Notes under the pieces: model-generated | What the model was told of the DNA's origin: nothing | Databases searched by the model: none | Seen by the model: only the letters and a program-made list of their open reading frames with translations | Made by a program: the position numbers and the translations under genes | DNA from: a virus | Lineage: Duplodnaviria; Heunggongvirae; Uroviricota; Caudoviricetes | Virus record (IMG/VR): IMGVR_UViG_2778261393_000005 | Location: 1 to 37,935 of that record | DNA: 37,935 nucleotides | Reading direction: 5' to 3' (one strand) | Shown here: one piece after another, positions 1 to 7,506 of the stretch | Numbering within the stretch: position 1 is the first letter of the stretch | How the letters are laid out: the number at the start of each line of letters is the position of its first letter

Positions 1-201
1 TTACCCATTGGCGCGGCTTAAGAGCTTATTTTTGAATTCACAATGGTCACGATATAACCATCTTGCTCGTCCGTGGATAACTTTGGCTTTAGGCAGGTCG
101 CCGGACTTAATCCGGTCATAGATGAAGGTCTTACCGAAGCCAGTATCAGCCATGATGAATTTCAAATCAACCAGTGAATCAGGTTGTAGTTCGTGTTGCA
201 T
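1..201 (-). CDS. xis: Excisionase / recombination directionality factor (TorI/AlpA-like small DNA-binding protein), 66 aa
   Basis: Minus-strand ORF MQHELQPDSLVDLKFIMADTGFGKTFIYDRIKSGDLPKAKVIHGRARW...; ATG at 201-199, stop at 3-1; directly upstream of int in the circular or prophage sense; recalled resemblance to TorI of E. coli KplE1. Confidence 0.7.
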   Translation of the reverse strand: MQHELQPDSLVDLKFIMADTGFGKTFIYDRIKSGDLPKAKVIHGRARWLYRDHCEFKNKLLSRANG

Positions 202-323
202 GAGTGCTATCTCCGAATATGGAATCGAACCTGCAAATCAGGCAATAAAAAGCCGCATTGATGCAGCAATGGTAGGTCTGGATATCTTGAGAAATGAACA
301 GACCTCATCGAGTGTGAGGCGGG

Positions 324-668
324 TTAGTCCTTGCGTAGCTCGCTGATTCTTCTGTAAGTCTCTGGTGCTTTGTTCCCGTACGTCTTCATTTCAGACTTCA
401 ACAGAGCAACGAGTGAATCCCATTCGTTGAGGATTCCTTTGAATGCCGGAACGCGCTTTGCAACCTTGTCGAATGAATCTCTGATTTCTGGAATCTGCTC
501 AACAAGTGCAACGCATCGCCGAAAGTCTGCTGCGTCATGGGGAGCGCCGAAGTGATGACCATAGATATTCTTTTTCAGGCCACATGCGATTGAGGCAAGA
601 GTTGCGCTACTGATGCCGACATCGCCAGTCGATTGCCATTTCAAAACCTTCATAGCCAAATCTGACAT
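324..668 (-). CDS. Hypothetical protein, 114 aa (early-left accessory gene)
   Basis: ORF MSDLAMKVLKWQSTGDVG...; ATG 668-666 preceded by GGAGA SD; sits just after tandem terminators; no family recognised. Confidence 0.5.
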   Translation of the reverse strand: MSDLAMKVLKWQSTGDVGISSATLASIACGLKKNIYGHHFGAPHDAADFRRCVALVEQIPEIRDSFDKVAKRVPAFKGILNEWDSLVALLKSEMKTYGNKAPETYRRISELRKD

Positions 669-680
669 TTCTTGTCTCCA

Positions 681-737
681 TAAAACAAAACTCGCCGTAG
701 CGAGTTCAGATAAAAGAAAACCCGCACTCTGCGGGTT
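681..737 (-). terminator. Tandem rho-independent terminators for leftward transcription
   Basis: Minus-strand hairpins AACCCGCA-GAG-TGCGGGTT followed by TTTTCTTTTAT (plus 711-737) and AACTCGC-TACG-GCGAGTT followed by TTTGTTTTAT (plus 681-706). Confidence 0.55.
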
Positions 738-1016
738 CGCATTCGTTCAAATTGCGTTTACTTCTTGGCGTTCTGTTCATCCATATCGATATACCATGGG
801 TTGCTTCCCTTGGGCATGTTTAACGACTGCTCGCGATAGTATCTGATGCGCTCCATGAAATACTCGCGTGAGTGCTCAGGTTGCTCTCATGATACCTGCT
901 CAGTGATAACAGGTATGTTAAGGCGCTCTCTGTACTCCATGCCTGATGCTGCAAGGTCAACGTTTATCTTGTTCTGTTTTTCTTTCGATTTCTCGGCGAT
1001 GTTATGCCTGACATTG

Positions 1017-1301
1017 TCAACCCGCCTCCTTCTGAACATAACGGTTATAAATCAGTCCCTGAGGGCCATAAGGAAGCGGGATGTGCAACTCCTCTGGTTC
1101 AGAAACTATCCATTCTCCGGCCATCTCCGCTGGAGAGGTAATGATAAGTTGTTTGCTAATAAAAGGACCACTCCTCTCAACAACAAGCTTACCATCTTCA
1201 TTAATAAAAGCTTGGATGTCAGGTGTGCTTCCACACTTGGTGATGCAGCGTTTGAACATTTTGTGTCCCCCCATTTTATGTACGGGGTAATTATAACACA
1301 T
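1017..1301 (-). CDS. Hypothetical protein (94 aa from ATG at 1301; alternative start MFKRC... near 1259 with GGGGGA SD)
   Basis: Protein-like minus-strand ORF, co-oriented with the early-left operon; the opposing plus ORF 846..1304 is Cys/Ser-rich and looks like a reverse-frame artifact. Confidence 0.4.
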   Translation of the reverse strand: MCYNYPVHKMGGHKMFKRCITKCGSTPDIQAFINEDGKLVVERSGPFISKQLIITSPAEMAGEWIVSEPEELHIPLPYGPQGLIYNRYVQKEAG

Positions 1302-1385
1302 TGAAATATAGTAATATTTGACGTAGATTTCTTTTGATCTATAAGCGATTTTTTAATGCTTTTAAGTTATAAATACTTGTTTTCA

Positions 1386-2042
1386 TCACCCATCTTGCTG
1401 CGGTGCTACTATTGAAAAGTGCTCACACCCTTTAGCCCAAATAGTTTTGATAGTTGTCCAACTGACTGGAACCTTGATTTCGATTCTCCCGCTACAGTCA
1501 CAAGTTTCGCAATCATCATCACCAAAGCATTCCGGGCAGCTTATAAACGTAGTTTCTGAAAATTCACCGGATAGCACACCCTTAGCGCCGTTCTCGGCTG
1601 TTAGTCTCTTCGGCACCATGACCCAACCATCCGGAGTTACCGGAGAGTTGCCCGACAGCTCGTTCAACTTGTAAGTTTGGCTTACAGGTTCGGCTTCCAG
1701 TTCTGCTATGCGCTTTTTTGCTGCTTCCAGCTCAACACGCAGCTTCCCTACCGTTAACGCAATATCCTCGTTCTCCTGGTCGCGGCGTTTGATGTATTGC
1801 TGGTTCCTTTCCCGTTCATCCAGTAGTGCCAGCACGGTAGCCGGATTAGCCTTGGCAACAAAATCCCGGACTGGCTTACAATCAATCTCCGCAATGGGTT
1901 GATACGATGTGTAGCCATGCTGTCTTGTATAACTACCGTGACGAATAACGAAAAAATCACCATTTATTTTTTTAGCCTGCCACTTATCTTCACCGGCTTT
2001 CTCTGCCGCTTCACGCAGTGCCTGATAGTCAATCTTGTTCAT
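1386..2042 (-). CDS. Ead/Ea22-like early-region protein, 218 aa
   Basis: ORF MNKIDYQALREAAEKAGEDKW... with central coiled-coil LEAAKKRIAELEAE and a Cys-rich C-terminus (CPECFGDDDCETCDC); family assignment from memory only. Confidence 0.5.
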   Translation of the reverse strand: MNKIDYQALREAAEKAGEDKWQAKKINGDFFVIRHGSYTRQHGYTSYQPIAEIDCKPVRDFVAKANPATVLALLDERERNQQYIKRRDQENEDIALTVGKLRVELEAAKKRIAELEAEPVSQTYKLNELSGNSPVTPDGWVMVPKRLTAENGAKGVLSGEFSETTFISCPECFGDDDCETCDCSGRIEIKVPVSWTTIKTIWAKGCEHFSIVAPQQDG

Positions 2043-2043
2043 G

Positions 2044-2343
2044 TCACATCACCCTGAATCCGTTGCATTTACGTAAGAAATCGCAGATATAGCCCTTCAT
2101 TTTTTCATGCCAATCTCGATCATTCCCATTGCACCAACCATCAGGTGGAGTCCAGTTTTCTATCAGATCAGCAATTTTCTTTGCTTTCGCCGGAGTAGCT
2201 GTTGCGGTATCGCAGTAATGACGAGTGTCAACCAACGTATCCATACCATCGATATCAAGTACGCAAAACCATGTGTGATTCGGCATTTCAACAGATGGTA
2301 TTTGTTGCCCACGTCGACGTTTATCAATAAGACATACACTCAC
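2044..2343 (-). CDS. Hypothetical protein, 99 aa (GTG start)
   Basis: GTG at 2343-2341 preceded by AAGGAGG SD with 6-nt spacer; GTGA overlap with upstream stop; stop 1 nt before the downstream ATG. Confidence 0.45.
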   Translation of the reverse strand: MSVCLIDKRRRGQQIPSVEMPNHTWFCVLDIDGMDTLVDTRHYCDTATATPAKAKKIADLIENWTPPDGWCNGNDRDWHEKMKGYICDFLRKCNGFRVM

Positions 2344-2525
2344 TGCTTGCCTCCTTTACGCCACATCGCATTCAGATATTTGTTTTGATTCACTGACGGA
2401 AAAGAATTTCTCTTAAGTAATTCCTCTCTCGATGGCATTGGCTTTACTCGTTGGCGAATAATCATTTCTGCCGGAAGAATGCCGGGATTGTATGCAAGTC
2501 CTCTCATGGTAAATTCCTCAGTCAT
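2340..2525 (-). CDS. Hypothetical small protein, about 61 aa
   Basis: ATG at 2525-2523 (MTEEFTMRG...) overlaps the stop of the upstream gene in an ATGACTGA arrangement; the longer ORF-track form 2340..2657 overlaps the upstream CDS and is less likely. Confidence 0.3.
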   Translation of the reverse strand: MTEEFTMRGLAYNPGILPAEMIIRQRVKPMPSREELLKRNSFPSVNQNKYLNAMWRKGGKQ

Positions 2526-2811
2526 TACTGATAGCGCCATAGCGTGAGCGGTAATTACGCAGGCGCGGGTCAATTTCAGGGAAGTGGGTATATGTGGCTT
2601 TGCGGAATGGTCGGATTGATGTCTGGTAAATTCGATCGCGTTCTTCTTTCTCTGCAAGCCATATACAGTGGCGAAATTCCTTTTCCTCTTTCGTTTCCTG
2701 CGGTAGCGACATTATCCGATCGTAGTTTTTTCTGAATTTATCCAGCACCTCCGATACGGAATTGCCGGAACAGCGGCGCGGGTCATCCGCACCATACAAA
2801 GGCGCTGGCAT
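2518..2811 (-). CDS. Hypothetical protein, 97 aa
   Basis: ATG 2811-2809 with AAGGA SD; sits immediately downstream of ssb in the same operon. Confidence 0.5.
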   Translation of the reverse strand: MPAPLYGADDPRRCSGNSVSEVLDKFRKNYDRIMSLPQETKEEKEFRHCIWLAEKEERDRIYQTSIRPFRKATYTHFPEIDPRLRNYRSRYGAISND

Positions 2812-2834
2812 AATTAAATCCTTATTTTTCTAAA

Positions 2835-3218
2835 TCAGAATGGGATGGAATCGTCGTATACAGGAGTGTTCTGCTGGTTACTACTTTGCTGCTGCGGGCC
2901 ATTTCCTGAAGCTGCAAATCCAATCTTTGCATTCAGTAATTCAAGAGTGATTGATTGACCATTTTTCCCCTGATAAATATCAACCCTGATGTTTTCTCCG
3001 GTAATTTCAACAATGCCACCTTCAACAAGAACACTACGGTAGTAATCCGCTTGCGCTCCCGGCTTGGCAAATACAACGGCGCTGTAGTTTGTCCATTCTT
3101 TCTTTTTTGTCTGGCGTTCGTAATACTGAACGCCAGCACGGATGTTGAATCCGATATTTTCCCCGGTCTGAAACTCTCTTGCGGGCTTGTTTAGTCTTAC
3201 AGTAATCGAATGTGCCAT
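2835..3218 (-). CDS. ssb: Single-stranded DNA-binding protein (phage SSB)
   Basis: MAHSITVRLNKPAREFQ... ending in acidic tail ...PVYDDSIPF (SSB C-terminal motif); ATG 3218-3216 overlaps erf stop (TAATG); the ORF-track N-terminal extension is discounted. Confidence 0.75.
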   Translation of the reverse strand: MAHSITVRLNKPAREFQTGENIGFNIRAGVQYYERQTKKKEWTNYSAVVFAKPGAQADYYRSVLVEGGIVEITGENIRVDIYQGKNGQSITLELLNAKIGFAASGNGPQQQSSNQQNTPVYDDSIPF

Positions 3219-3823
3219 TAAGCAGCAGCTCCTTCTAATTCGTCTCGTCTGATGTTGTAAACGTCCTGCGCTTTGTGCTGCTCCGGTGTGCCTTCGAGCA
3301 TCTTCCACGCTTTGGCGAACGCCTGTTTAAGCTCTTCTACGGTGTTTTTCTGCATTGCTGCGTCAGTGAATGCTTTTAGAACCTGTTCAGGTGTAGGTGA
3401 TGGTTTTGATTGCTTTGCTGCTGCGTTCTGCTGATGTTTATGCTCGTCGGTATCTGCATCTTTCGCATCATCAATGCCGAATAAACCATTGAGGCAATAC
3501 TTGCGTGCATAAGAGCTTGTAGCTCCCGTAACTTGTGCAGAATCCATTCCTTTCTTGCTTTCTTCCTCTCGTGCAAGAGCGGTTGCCGTATGACTGTTTT
3601 CGCCATCGGTAATAGTTGCCGTGGCTTTCACGTAATACCGATCACCAATCAACACAACTTCATCGCTGATTGATAAAAACAGGCCATTCAGTAGCGGCTT
3701 AACGCCTTCAAGAATGTCTTCGCAGCTTCTGTATTTATATTTACCGAATGAGTTGTACTGATTCTTTGGCGCGTTCAGATTCTCCTGAATAGCTGCCAGT
3801 CTTGCGTAAAATTCTTTGCTCAT
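3218..3823 (-). CDS. erf: Erf single-strand annealing recombinase (P22 Erf-like)
   Basis: MSKEFYARLAAIQENLNAPKNQYNSFGKYKYRSCEDILEGVKPLL... matches recalled P22 Erf N-terminus; ATG 3823-3821; the ORF track begins at an upstream TTG. Confidence 0.85.
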   Translation of the reverse strand: MSKEFYARLAAIQENLNAPKNQYNSFGKYKYRSCEDILEGVKPLLNGLFLSISDEVVLIGDRYYVKATATITDGENSHTATALAREEESKKGMDSAQVTGATSSYARKYCLNGLFGIDDAKDADTDEHKHQQNAAAKQSKPSPTPEQVLKAFTDAAMQKNTVEELKQAFAKAWKMLEGTPEQHKAQDVYNIRRDELEGAAA

Positions 3824-3833
3824 ATGTTTGTTC

Positions 3834-4004
3834 TCAGAATGGACATTCCCCAAGGAAATAACGCTGATTTAATACTTCGACTCGGGACAAATTAAGGCAT
3901 ACCCGCATTCCTTCGCGGTCGCCATTATGGCGATACCAGAGAGCTTTCTGCGTGTACATGCGTCTCTGTAACTTGCTCTCCTTCACTGTGGTTGCAAGTG
4001 ACAT
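3834..4004 (-). CDS. Small ORF, 56 aa, in the arf position between kil and erf
   Basis: ATG 4004-4002 preceded by AAGGAG SD with 7-nt spacer; MSLATTVKESKLQRRMYTQKALWYRHNGD...; an alternative overlapping frame (3925..4083, ATGA-coupled to kil) also exists. Confidence 0.3.
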   Translation of the reverse strand: MSLATTVKESKLQRRMYTQKALWYRHNGDREGMRVCLNLSRVEVLNQRYFLGECPF

Positions 4005-4079
4005 GAATATCTCCTTCGTTACCGATTAATTCTTTCATCTGACGAATGAATTCTTCGTCTGACCAGTTATCTGTAAAAC

Positions 4080-4232
4080 TCATTTCCTGCGATACCACGG
4101 AAGGTTGATAGCTGATTTCATCGCTTTATTTGCTTCAAGCCACATTTTGGAATCACCAATAAATCTGGCTATTACTGCTTTGTTTTGTGCAGCACGAAGC
4201 ATCTGGTGATTGATGGCTATTTCATTGCGCAT
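4080..4232 (-). CDS. kil: Kil-like host cell-division inhibitor peptide, 50 aa
   Basis: MRNEIAINHQMLRAAQNKAVIARFIGDSKMWLEANKAMK...; the FIGD.KM..EA motif and position after cIII resemble lambda/P22 Kil as recalled; GAGG SD. Confidence 0.5.
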   Translation of the reverse strand: MRNEIAINHQMLRAAQNKAVIARFIGDSKMWLEANKAMKSAINLPWYRRK

Positions 4233-4348
4233 AATAAGACCTCAAATCTTTTCCATCCGTCACGTAATTTACGGGTGATTCGTTCAAGTAAAGATTCATT
4301 TAATTGGAAGGCACCCATGCGAGCGCCTCCCGCGATTGCGTAAATCAT
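4217..4348 (-). CDS. cIII: CIII-like FtsH inhibitor, 43 aa
   Basis: MIYAIAGGARMGAFQLNESLLERITRKLRDGWKRFEVLLCAMK; ESLLERITRKLRDGWKR matches the recalled lambda CIII core; AAGGAA SD; overlaps kil start. Confidence 0.6.
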   Translation of the reverse strand: MIYAIAGGARMGAFQLNESLLERITRKLRDGWKRFEVLLCAMK

Positions 4349-4372
4349 GGGTGGTTCCTTATGTTGGTTTTA

Positions 4373-5341
4373 TTAGTAGGTTATTTTTGTTGCGAATACT
4401 TCGCCTTTTACGATGGCTGTTATGATATTTTTAGCAACATCTTCTGATGCACCAACCTTGATAAGGTCAGCAAGTATTTTGTTATTTACTTCTTTCCGGT
4501 GAGCTTTATCCTTTGCTCTACGCTCTTCTTCTTCCTTGATTCTTTTTTCTTCTGCTATTCTGGCTTGCTCTTTTGCTTCAGCCTCGCGCCGGATTCGTTC
4601 AGCCTCCTCCTGTGCTTTTCGGCGTTCTGCTTCAATTGCCGCCTGCTTTTCTCTTTCAGCTCGTTCTGCTGCCTCTTTTGCTTCGCGCTGTGCTCGTTGC
4701 TCGGCTTCAATGCGTTCACGCTCTGCACGTTCCGCTGCGGCCTTAGCTTCTGCTTCTCGCCTTGCTGCTGCTTCAATTTCGGCTTTTGCCTTTGCTTCGG
4801 CTTCTGCTCTGGCTCTCTCTTCAGCTTCTCTTTTTAAGCGTTCTTCATGCTCTCGCTTTTCCCGCTCCGCTTTGAGTCTTGCCTCTTCTCTTTGGCGGTC
4901 AAATTCGCGATCCATCAAAATCGCTATTTCATGGTCAGACTCAATTTGCTTTGCGAGAGCTTCAGCTGCTGCCTTAGCTTCTTCTTCGGCTTTAATCCGT
5001 GCCTGTTCCTCCTCATAATCAGTAAGAGGCTGGCGCGCCTTGGCTTTCAGCTCATCAAGGCGATCACGCACTGTCTTGCGGTTGGCATCAATTAGCTTTG
5101 GAATTTCCTTCAGTTCAGCAACAAGGTCTTTGCCAAGACCATCGAGATATGTTTTCGTCTGCGCAACTTTATACGCCAGAGAAGCGATCTCCTTTCTGCC
5201 CTTTGCCGTTGTGATATCAGGCACAAAGGACATAACTTCACGTTCAACCCTTTGAAGGATTTCTTCAATCTGGTCGGCAGACTGAAATACAGTCATTGCA
5301 TTTGCTTTTTCAATAACAACTAAATCTGTTACTTCACTCAT
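4373..5341 (-). CDS. Hypothetical coiled-coil protein with long E/A/R/K-rich low-complexity repeat
   Basis: ATG 5341-5339 (MSEVTDLVVIEK...) with GGAGGA SD; about 150 aa of near-pure EAKR repeats; underlying DNA is repetitive (gcttc/gctgc). Confidence 0.55.
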   Translation of the reverse strand: MSEVTDLVVIEKANAMTVFQSADQIEEILQRVEREVMSFVPDITTAKGRKEIASLAYKVAQTKTYLDGLGKDLVAELKEIPKLIDANRKTVRDRLDELKAKARQPLTDYEEEQARIKAEEEAKAAAEALAKQIESDHEIAILMDREFDRQREEARLKAEREKREHEERLKREAEERARAEAEAKAKAEIEAAARREAEAKAAAERAERERIEAEQRAQREAKEAAERAEREKQAAIEAERRKAQEEAERIRREAEAKEQARIAEEKRIKEEEERRAKDKAHRKEVNNKILADLIKVGASEDVAKNIITAIVKGEVFATKITY

Positions 5342-5353
5342 ATATCCTCCGTC

Positions 5354-5382
5354 AAAAAAATTGCCCTCACACTGGAGGGCAA
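5354..5382 (-). terminator. Rho-independent terminator (leftward), between ral and the coiled-coil gene
   Basis: Minus-strand hairpin TTGCCCTC-cagtgt-GAGGGCAA followed by TTTTTTT. Confidence 0.5.
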
Positions 5383-5516
5383 AGAAGATTTCCAATAATC
5401 AGAACAAGTCGGCTCCTGTTTAGTTACGAGCGACATTGCTCCGTGTATTCACTCATTGGAATGAATACACAGTGCAGTGTTTATTCTGTTGTTTATGCCA
5501 AAAATAAAGGCTACCA

Positions 5517-5717
5517 TCAGGCAGCCTTGTTATTCTGTTTACCAAGTTCTCTGGCAATCATTGCCGTCGTTCGTATTGCCCATTTATCGACATATTTCCC
5601 ATCTTCCATTACAGGAAACATTTCTTCAGGCTTAACCATGCATTCCGATTGCAGCTTGCATCCATTGCATCGTTTGAATTGTCCACACCATTGATTCTTA
5701 TCAATAGTCGTAGTCAT
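5517..5717 (-). CDS. ral: Ral restriction-alleviation protein
   Basis: 66-aa ORF MTTTIDKNQWCGQFKRCNGCKLQSECMVKPEEMFPVMEDGKYVDKWAIRTTAMIARELGKQNNKAA, recalled as lambda Ral. Confidence 0.8.
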   Translation of the reverse strand: MTTTIDKNQWCGQFKRCNGCKLQSECMVKPEEMFPVMEDGKYVDKWAIRTTAMIARELGKQNNKAA

Positions 5718-5795
5718 ACGGATAGTCCTGGTATTGTTCCATCACATCCTGCGGATGCTCTTCGAACTCTTCAAATTCTTCTTCCATATATCACC

Positions 5796-6122
5796 TCAAA
5801 TAAGTGGTTTGCTGCCTAATTTCATTTTCTGGCGACCAACACAAGTCACCCCCATTTCACTGCGTGGCTTGCTGTACCATGTGCGCTGATTCTTGCGCTC
5901 AATACGTTGCAGGTTGCTTTCAATCTGTTCGTGGTATTCAGCCAGCACCGTAAGGTCTATCGGATTCAGTGCGCTTTCTACTCGTGATTTCGGTTTGCGA
6001 TTCAGCGAGAGAATAGGGCGGTTAACTGGTTTTGCGCTTACCCCAACCAACAGGGGATTTGCTGCTTTCCATTGAGCCTGTTTCTCTGCGCGACGTTCGC
6101 GGCGGCGTGTTTGTGCATCCAT
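5796..6122 (-). CDS. N: Antitermination protein N
   Basis: MDAQTRRRERRAEKQAQWKAANPLLVGVSAKPVNRPILSLNRKPKSRVESALNPIDL... (arginine-rich motif, lambda N-like); ATG 6122-6120 with AGGAG SD; the ORF-track N-terminal extension is discounted. Confidence 0.85.
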   Translation of the reverse strand: MDAQTRRRERRAEKQAQWKAANPLLVGVSAKPVNRPILSLNRKPKSRVESALNPIDLTVLAEYHEQIESNLQRIERKNQRTWYSKPRSEMGVTCVGRQKMKLGSKPLI

Positions 6123-6279
6123 CTGGATTCTCCTGTCAGTTAGCTTTGGTTGTGTGTGGGAGTCGTAGTCCTGAACGAAAACACCCAGCAATGGCACATT
6201 GACAGCTAATCCGGATTCGCACTTCCGGCCAATGCTTCGTTTCGTATCACACACACCAAAGCCTTCTGCTTTGAATGCT

Positions 6280-6310
6280 GCCCTTCTTCAGGGCTTAATT
6301 TTTAAGAGCG
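6280..6310 (-). promoter_or_regulatory. nutL: nutL site (boxA CGCTCTTAA + boxB GCCCTGAAGAAGGGC)
   Basis: Minus strand reads CGCTCTTAAAAATTAAGCCCTGAAGAAGGGC between pL and N; matches recalled lambda nutL. Confidence 0.8.
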
Positions 6311-6350
6311 TCACCTTCATGGTGGTCAGTGCGTCCTGCTGATGGCTTAA

Positions 6351-6396
6351 AATATACCTACAGGTAAAGCCCCTGTCTATACCTGTAGGTAAATAA
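6351..6396 (-). promoter_or_regulatory. pL promoter with OL operators
   Basis: Minus strand -35 TAGACA, 17 nt, -10 TATATT; two TACCT-N2-AGGTA palindromes (plus 6356-6367, 6381-6392) overlap the -35 and -10; a third half-site lies near 6409-6417. Confidence 0.6.
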
Positions 6397-6452
6397 AATT
6401 GATGTGAGAGTTTACCTGCTTGAATTTTCAGGTAATTAATTTTTTGGATTGA

Positions 6453-6477
6453 TATAAAAAAGCCCGCTTTGCGGGCT
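6453..6477 (-). terminator. Rho-independent terminator ending the cI operon (leftward)
   Basis: Minus-strand hairpin AGCCCGC-AAA-GCGGGCT followed by TTTTTTAT, 11 nt after the stop of ORF 6489..6803. Confidence 0.6.
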
Positions 6478-6488
6478 GAAAGGAGATG

Positions 6489-6803
6489 TCAGAAGCTATT
6501 TGGATTGCTTGGCCATTGCGGCAATTTTGATTCTACTGGGGTGTGTTTGGGTTTGAGTCCGTTTAAGTAGTCAAGGCGCTCAATGGCGCATTTATACATA
6601 GCAATCTGCTCTGATGACATGTCGTCGTATGACATGCCTTTGAACTTTTTAATTATCGATTCTGCCTCATGTATAAGATTCTTCTTCCTCATGAGTTCAG
6701 CTGTATGCTTAGAGCTTACAGGAGATAACTTTGCCCATATGAAGCAGATGATTACAACAGCGACTACTATGCCGGGTATAAACATTTGCTGCTTTATCCT
6801 CAA
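6489..6803 (-). CDS. Small single-pass membrane protein co-transcribed with cI (candidate exclusion/immunity-region moron), 104 aa
   Basis: ATG 6803-6801 overlaps cI stop 6802-6800 (ATGA); N-terminal hydrophobic helix IPGIVVAVVIICFIWA; occupies the rexAB slot between cI and pL. Confidence 0.55.
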   Translation of the reverse strand: MRIKQQMFIPGIVVAVVIICFIWAKLSPVSSKHTAELMRKKNLIHEAESIIKKFKGMSYDDMSSEQIAMYKCAIERLDYLNGLKPKHTPVESKLPQWPSNPNSF

Positions 6804-7486
6804 ACTTTTGGCAGATCGTCCTGGTCTACGTACCTGGTGTGTTTCACAATAGCTGAAACAAAATGCATTTTATCAACTTCTTCAACAGGAAGAGTGATTG
6901 GGCGGTGATCACTGTTTATGCTACTAAACTGATAATCACCGTCTCTTGTTTTGTTCATGATCTTTATCATGTTGTGACCGTCTTTGGTCCTTACAAAGAC
7001 TTCATCACCTGGATGTACTGGCGTATTTGGTTCAATAACAACATATTCTCCTGACTGAATCCTTGGCCACATGCTGTCACCCTTAACCTTCAGACCGTAA
7101 GCATCTTTATCGCCGCTGTAGATGCTTAACCAACCGGATCTGAATTCAATCATATCCACTGAGCCATCAACTCCCAAAACGGCTTCACCAATTACCGGAA
7201 CAAAACCCGCACGAACGTTACCCGCAAACTCAAGATGGTCCGTAGCTCCAGCTTTACCATCTGCAAGCATGTCCATCCATCCGCGTGGGAGATTAAAAGA
7301 TTTTTCAATTAGTTCCATCATATCGTCAGCAATGCGTTTTTTTCCGCTTTTTCCTTCCGGATACAGCATTCTGGAAACGTATGATGGTTCCCTTTCTATT
7401 CGACGAGCCAACTCTGAGGCCTTTCCATTACAGAATCGGTCTCTTATCTCTATCAGCCTTAGTCGTCTTTGTTCGTATTTATCCAT
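6800..7486 (-). CDS. cI: CI repressor (HTH N-domain plus LexA/S24-like autocleavage domain)
   Basis: 228-aa ORF with Ala-Gly site (DGKAGATD), catalytic Ser context GDSMWP and downstream Lys; start about 20 nt from OR3; divergent from cro. Confidence 0.85.
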   Translation of the reverse strand: MDKYEQRRLRLIEIRDRFCNGKASELARRIEREPSYVSRMLYPEGKSGKKRIADDMMELIEKSFNLPRGWMDMLADGKAGATDHLEFAGNVRAGFVPVIGEAVLGVDGSVDMIEFRSGWLSIYSGDKDAYGLKVKGDSMWPRIQSGEYVVIEPNTPVHPGDEVFVRTKDGHNMIKIMNKTRDGDYQFSSINSDHRPITLPVEEVDKMHFVSAIVKHTRYVDQDDLPKV

Positions 7487-7506
7487 GATTTAATTCTATC
7501 TTTGAT

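Noticed and set aside
229-239. 11-mer GGAATCGAACC (reverse complement of a tRNA T-loop consensus GGTTCGATTCC) between xis and the upstream ORF, considered as an attP core or tRNA fragment
   Set aside because: Flanking bases do not form a T-stem or acceptor stem and there is no CCA end; the position is internal to the element rather than at an end; a single 11-mer match is compatible with chance.
122-1304. Plus-strand ORFs 122..346, 370..555, 613..846, 846..1304 in the early-left region
   Set aside because: Antisense to a coherent minus-strand operon, Cys/Ser-rich junk-like composition, no SD sequences.
3925-4083. Alternative 52-aa ORF ATGA-coupled to kil (MSFTDNWSDEEFIRQMKELIGNEGDIH...)
   Set aside because: Not rejected outright, but it overlaps the 3834..4004 ORF, which has the stronger SD; only one of the two is likely to be real and the sequence cannot decide.
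4499-5018. Long plus-strand ORFs (112 and 160 aa, Ser/Cys/Phe/Ala-rich) antisense to the coiled-coil gene
   Set aside because: They are products of the repetitive DNA read on the wrong strand: low-complexity composition, no start signals, and full overlap with a better-supported minus-strand gene.
5796-6254. N-terminal extensions proposed by the ORF track (N 152 aa; also ssb 2835..3308, initiator 8406, helicase 9271, portal 20371, Rha 16884, tailspike 32555)
   Set aside because: Extensions begin at alternative or unsupported starts and lack SDs; internal ATGs with SDs match the known protein N-termini, so shorter gene models were used.
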